Assembly (NCBI GenBank): GCA_017654855.1
Contig: CM030338.1
Span: 1,550,001-1,614,000, forward strand
Source: Podospora anserina
Taxonomy: Eukaryota
Length of the DNA: 64,000 nt
Direction: 5' to 3'
Shown one piece after another: positions 58,421-64,000 of this stretch (positions are counted from its first letter, which is position 1; each line of letters begins with the position of its first letter). Below the pieces are notes generated by a model. The model did not search any database, was not told the DNA's origin, and saw only the letters and a program-made list of their open reading frames with translations. The position numbers were made by a program, and so were the translations under genes.

Positions 58421-61400
58421 ATGTCTGCCACGGTTATGCCCCGGACCACTGATACCATGCCTGGCTACAACACCCACAATCTTGAACTGGACGAGGTTCA
58501 CACCCCCTCGAGGTATATTACGCTTGTTTTCATTTGTTTCCTGGGAGGCCCATAGTGCTTTTTTTGCTTTTCACATCATGTTGCGATACAAGTCATGTTT
58601 TTCCTTTTTCTATTTCTGCCTGTTCTTGAACATCTTGCCTTGGACCAGGTCTTGAGTGAGACGCCCCATGAGCATGGTTCGATCAATCAATCTGGACATA
58701 CGAGAGACTTTTGCAACCCAGGGACAGCGTTTCACAGACCGATTTCTTCCCAAGGACACAAACGTCCCATGGATCGCCAACTGGATGCCCCGGATTTCAT
58801 CTGCCATGGACTACTGCCACGGAGCTCTCGTCACAAACCTCTGGATGGATGGTGTCTCAGCCGAGTCACTCAGATCAGTCAGACCTAGCACTCGTGCTGG
58901 GTTGACTGCATCGCACTGTTACTTTTTACACAAGCTTTTCGAAGCTCAATCAGTAAGTCTCAGACACAGTTCGCCAACATTTCGACAAGCTGCTTGAGGA
59001 TCTTGCCATGCGGACTTCGACCCTCTTTTCGGACAGCAACAGGACGACAACATCATGGAGATGGCTTTCTCTTTCTTCTTTCTCTCAGGACCACAGGACT
59101 TGAAAAAGAACAGGTTTCGCAGACAGGACTTGCGCACTGGAATTTCCCGGACACTGGATTCATCTTATGGACAACTTTCTTTTGCCAGCGAGGACCTTCA
59201 ACTTCATGCAATCACAAGTCGCTGACTTGTGCATGGCTTCTCTTCGAACACACCTTGGACACCTTTCTGGACTTGCTTTTTCTTCCCTCTCTGGATCATC
59301 GACGAGGATTTTTCCCTGGACTTCCCTGGACCTTCTCTCACCGCACTGCTATCGACACCCGGACATATCTTGCTCAGCTCAGAGTGGAGGAAAACAAGAT
59401 TGATGAGAAATACTGTCTCTTGATCCTCTTCTTCTGTAGCTTGACTAGATCTCTTCGCCAACAACAGCCAAGGATTTTCTCTGGTTTTCTTTTCGCACCG
59501 GTTTCGCTTTGCTTTTTCTTCAACCTGGATTCACTTTGCTCCTCGTGACGCGACCGGATTCTCAACCTGGCTCCAGGCCAGCAGCCTTGATGTGAAACTT
59601 CTTTCGACATGGATTCCCGGATAGTGTTGCTCTTTGAGAACGCTCAATTGGTCTGTAGCTACCTCTCTGTGACAAATGTAGATAGCTCTCACTAACATGG
59701 CTCGTTTGCAGGATACAAAGTTGTGCCATTTGATTCCTCAGTTTCTTTTTGGTCACATTTCCTTTCTACATTCTCTTTTCTCTCTACAAGACGACAACGA
59801 GATGGTGGAATGAACAGCACACTAACCATTTGCTCCAGCGACTATAGCTACAGTGCTCAGCCCAACATGCTTTCCTCATCTGCCTCTGGAATCTTTTCTT
59901 TTTGTCAAACAGGACCAGCCGACCTTTCTGGCTCGGCTTGGGACACGACAGTTGAAGGACCACAGAACTTTCCTGAGTTTACGGATGCCACGGATTACTA
60001 TGCTGGAGAAGCCGAGGACTCTTTCTTGCCATTTGGCCAAATCACCCCAAAACCGGACCAAGATGACTTCCACGCCCGCTGGGCTCCTTCCGACAACAAG
60101 GCCCTGAAGGCTGAGCCCATGCGCAGAGGCACCTCGCGCAGCTCCACTGGGAGCCTCAAGAACAGAAACACAAAGCCTTCTGCCACTTCGGTCAAGAAGA
60201 CCAGGTCAAGAGTACAGTCCATCCTCACACAGACATCATCACAGATGTCCAAGCTTGACATGGCTGGTGCCCCCTACTCGGATGGCCCTGCTGTTGCCGC
60301 TGGCCGGATCATGGATGTGCAGCAATACCTTGCTCAGGATCTCGACACTCTTTCCGTCAGCGGTGCTGGCTATTACCCCATGATGGGTTTCCCGGATGGC
60401 TTGACCTACAGCAACGACTTGGCCCCCATGGCCCAGCACGTGAACCCCCAGATCTTTGATGCCGGTCTCATCAGCCACTCTCCTCACTCTTGGGGCTCGC
60501 TGAGCCCTGTTGACTCCCGCCTGTCTTCCCCTGGTCTCGGCGATGGTGCCGAAGACTTGTGGTCTGCTGTCCCTTCTGCCTCGTCTCCTGGCGAAAGCCA
60601 GAGCTCCAACTCGCCTGTTCTGCCTGGCCAGTCACCAAGGTATGTTGCGACTACAAACGCGGTTGAGCTCGGTGCATTGTCTCACACCAGTGATTTCAGG
60701 ATGAGCCGGAAAATGGATGGCCAGTATGTGACATCTGACGATCTTCACCTTGTTCCCGCCATGGGTGAGGATGCTTTTGCCCTCCCTCCTGCCTTTGGCG
60801 CCCGCCGCATGAGCGGCGAAGGTGAGTCTGCTCGGGACCATTATCTCTACAAGAATGCGTACCCCCACGCGGACGGACTTTTCCACTGCCCCTGGGAGGG
60901 CCAGCCGAGCTGCAACCACAAGCCCGAGAAGCTCAAGTGCAACTACGAGTAAGCACCATTTGTTTGACTCTTGTGACCCATTCCATCAGCTAACCACTCT
61001 CCCACCAACAGCAAGTTTGTTGACTCCCACCTCAAGCCCTACCGCTGCAAGGTTGAGGGTTGCCAGAACGCCCGCTTTTCTTCCACTGCTTGCCTCCTCC
61101 GACATGAGCGTGAGGCCCACGCGATGCATGGCCATGGTGAGAAGCCCTACCTGTGCACCTATGAGGGCTGCGAGCGCTCCGTTGCCGGCCACGGATTCCC
61201 CAGACAATGGAACCTCAGGGACCACATGAGGCGCGTCCACAATGACAACGGCACCACCGCTCAGGCTGCTTCCCCTCCCGCCTCTGGCGCCACCACCTCT
61301 ACCCGTGGCCGCAAGAGAAAGAGCGATGTTCAGGAGAAGCCCGCCCAGGAGAAGACCAGCTCCCGCAAGTCCAAGTCTGAGGCTTCCAAGCCCGTCGAGC

Positions 61401-61597
61401 CCCCCGTCAACCTCGAGATCACCCAATGGTGGGAGCACCAGAGAGCTCTCCAGGACCTCGTTTCCGCTGGCTACCAGCCCGACGACATCCAGACCTTCCA
61501 TTACATCAAGGAGGCTCAGGATCACTTGACCGCCATGGACAGGATCACCCACAACCTCACCGCTAAGCCCGAAGTCCGCCGCGGTTGGAGGAATTGA
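58421..61597 (+). CDS. C2H2 zinc-finger transcription factor (possibly of the COS1/BcYOH1 group; not certain)
   Basis: Exons 58421-58512, 59839-60639, 60700-60948, 61012-61597. Fingers FHCPWEGQPSC...DSH, YRCKVEGC...LLRHEREAH, YLCTYEGC...LRDHMRRVH. Exon 1 is inferred from phase-compatible GT/AG sites. Confidence 0.85.
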
Positions 61598-62509
61598 GCG
61601 ATTGTGAGTTCTCACTGCGAGATCTTCGAGCCAGCCATGTGACTCTCCCCACGCCGTGCTGAGTGCGCCGGTTTGATGTGGAAACAAGGTCAGACACATC
61701 GCCCTGGACTTCAACCCCCACGAATCAGGATCTCCGAGCATGCCTGCCAATCGGTGTACCTCTTTCACCCCCTATGCTTTCTTTCCTTTTTCCTTGTTTG
61801 GGTACGGGCGGACTTGGTTGAATTTGACAAAAAATGGAAAAGACCAAAAATATGGGACAGTCTCTTTTGAGGCAATTGGGAGGACAGACCTTTTATGGAT
61901 TATGACTTATGATTTACGAAGATATGACGGGGGCTTTGGATACCGGATTGGGAAACCTCAGATAGAACATTTTTCGTGTTGGCTACATGGGCCACACAGA
62001 CTCAGACACCACGACGGACAGCATTTCTTTTGTCATATTTTTCTTTTGTTTATGAGATACGGGAGATACGGGATATGAACACGCGGGTTTTTTTTCTTTT
62101 TGGTTATGGAGTTTAAAAGAAAGGATTTGGGATTGTTTTTCTGGAATACATAGCGCAAAGCGAGAACTTGTTTATCAAGGATTTTTTGGATTACCGGTTA
62201 TGGGTGTTGTTTGACATGAAAAAAAAACTGGGAGATTTGATGAAAAGGATATGATGATGACCTGGCGTTTTGTTTTTTGAAGGGATTTGTAGAAAAGTTA
62301 TTGTAGACTTGGGATAGATTTGTGTGCTTGTTTATTTGTAGTTTAGTTTTGCCTTTGTTGTATATATTTTGGCAATGTTGGATACCCCTGTTGTATATTG
62401 TATATTGTTTAGCAGCACATAGCGTTGGATGGCATGGGATGGCATGGGATGGAATAGGAAAAGGCAAAAGCTCATGGCTGTTTGTGTCTGTCTGTTTGTC
62501 TTGACTACA

Positions 62510-62537
62510 TTGTGTGTGTGTGTGTGTGTGTGTGTGT
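62510..62537. repeat. (TG)n microsatellite
   Basis: About 13 TG units between two convergent 3' ends. Confidence 0.9.
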
Positions 62538-62692
62538 TTGTGTTGCCTATCAATGAATTGTTGCTTTCCTGTTTCTTTTCCGGTCGTGTGTTTGTCTATC
62601 TACCTCCCTCCTGCTCATTTTCCTCCTCGGTCCGTCAATCTCAACTTTTGCATCTCTCATCCTCGCTGGGATGGGTTTGAGTTTACGCGATC

Positions 62693-63473
62693 TCAAAGAG
62701 GCAAGTCAGCCTCCCCGGGGATCAAAGTCCCGTTCTCGACGGCGGCACGGTGGCCGCGGGCGAGCATCCCGTAGACGGGCATGTACGTGTCCAGCCAGGG
62801 GAGGATCTCCTTTGCGCCGGGGGAGGAGCGCCAGTCCCTCATCAGGTCGCAGACGATGCTAAAAAGGGAGACGACGTTGACGCCGGCGCGCATCATCTGA
62901 TCATTGGCGAGGTCGCGGATCTCTTTTGTGACGGTGCCCGAGGCTTCCTGGTTGGCCCAGACGGAGTACCCCTCTGCGCGGAGAGAGCGAGCCAAGAAGG
63001 CGGTACAGACGTCTGTGACGATGCCGGCGAGGATAATCTGCTTCTTGCCTGTGGCCTTGACCGCGGCGCGGAACTCGGGGGAGTCCCAGGCGTTTACTTC
63101 TCCTTGGCGGGCGATGACGGGGGCGGTGGGGTACATGTCGAGGATTTCTTGGGGGAGGGGGCCGTTGGGGCCGGTGGAGGCCGAGGTGGTGAGGATTACG
63201 GGGAGGGTGGGGAAGGCAAGGCCTAGGGCGGAGTGGGCGAGCATGTTTTGTTTGAAGAGGGTTGGGTCTGGGGGGGTTAGTAAGGGGTGTGAGAAGGGGA
63301 AGGGGGAAAGGGGGGGACATACCGTAGTCACGGGCGAGATTGTAAAGGCCTTCTTGGAGGTCGACGATGATGAGGAGGGAGTCGTTTTTGTTGAGGCGTT
63401 CCCAGGGGAAGGACGAGTCGGCCAGGATAGGGAGGGCCGTGAGGGCGGTTGTGAGAAGGGTGGTGAATTTCAT
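62693..63473 (-). CDS. Secreted isochorismatase-family (YcaC-like) cysteine hydrolase
   Basis: Intron 63322-63268. Signal peptide MKFTTLLTTALTALPILA; WERLNKNDSLLIIVDLQEGL, GPNGPL, RQGEVNAWD, AGIVTDVC, LMRDWR. Confidence 0.88.
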
Positions 63474-64000
63474 TGTGAGATGGTCAAGGTGAAATCACTG
63501 GTGAGAAGGTTGATGAGGAGATGGTGATGGTGATGGTGATGGTGATGGAAGTGAGTGATTGATATTCTGGCTGTACCAACTCCTTTTATACATGAACTTC
63601 AATCCCCAAGATCCCCGCAGGACTCTCGATATCCTGAATTTCTTTCCTCATTATCGTCCCGCGCCTTGCCTCCCGGATTATCGTTGTTGACCGCCACAAG
63701 CATCTTGACAAGCACCGTCTAATCACTTGATCAGCATCCCGTCAGTGCCCAGGTCATCATGGGTCACATCGACTAGACAGCATCGAGTCCGTGATGACGA
63801 GAACCGCGGCCTTGAACACCGGAATCAGCACTCCACCGAGAGTCCAGCCCGCGGAAGGATGATGTCGATGGCTTCAATATCCACCACGTTGTTCGTGTTG
63901 TTGCTATGTCCTGACTAAGGCACTGCCTGCCCGATGCAACGTACAGCTAGTTGACTGCATTGTCAGCCGGGACTAAGGATTGGATAATTGTGTGTAACGC

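Noticed and set aside
58656-58997. 113-codon ORF nested in the C2H2 long intron
   Set aside because: No recognisable domain; it follows a stop in the alternative exon and is better explained as non-coding.
1-64000. tRNA, 5S rRNA, transposons or RIP-degraded AT-rich relics
   Set aside because: GTTCGA-like hits fall in coding sequence or lack cloverleaf context; no terminal repeats, transposase/RT motifs or long AT-rich blocks seen by eye.

Overview
Eukaryotic, intron-containing DNA from a filamentous ascomycete. Gene content, GT..CTRAC..YAG introns and the codon style suggest a Sordariales, Podospora-like genome (inference). About 18 protein-coding genes can be built by hand: palH/RIM21 (truncated by the left edge), a Tea4/TeaC/Bud14-type SH3 protein, a MAPEG protein, a GH131 glucanase, a PTH11-like receptor, ribosomal protein uL1, a Nudix NADH diphosphatase, a Goodbye-NACHT-TPR-ZZ NLR, a PAN/apple membrane protein, a Ybp1-like protein, a sterol-glucosyltransferase-like GT1, TYR1, an ATS1/Kti13-like RCC1 protein, RAD9, a Zn2Cys6 factor, a conserved hypothetical protein, a C2H2 factor and a secreted isochorismatase-family protein. 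There is also an F-box/LRR pseudogene and a probable 40-aa spliced microprotein. The most unusual signals are at RNA level: (1) a snR13-like box C/D snoRNA inside a nested, multi-splice-site intron of TYR1 with a 14-nt frame-breaking micro-exon; (2) a 1.3-kb intron in the C2H2 gene with stop-generating alternative acceptors and a strand-specific GGAC cluster; (3) a 648-nt fully in-frame exitron candidate in the SH3 gene; (4) a ~50-nt-period CAGATARCC motif array between two genes; (5) a probable mitochondrion/peroxisome dual-targeted Nudix enzyme. Two single-base frameshifts in low-complexity G or C tracts are probably assembly errors. All family calls are from recognition of motifs, not database searches.
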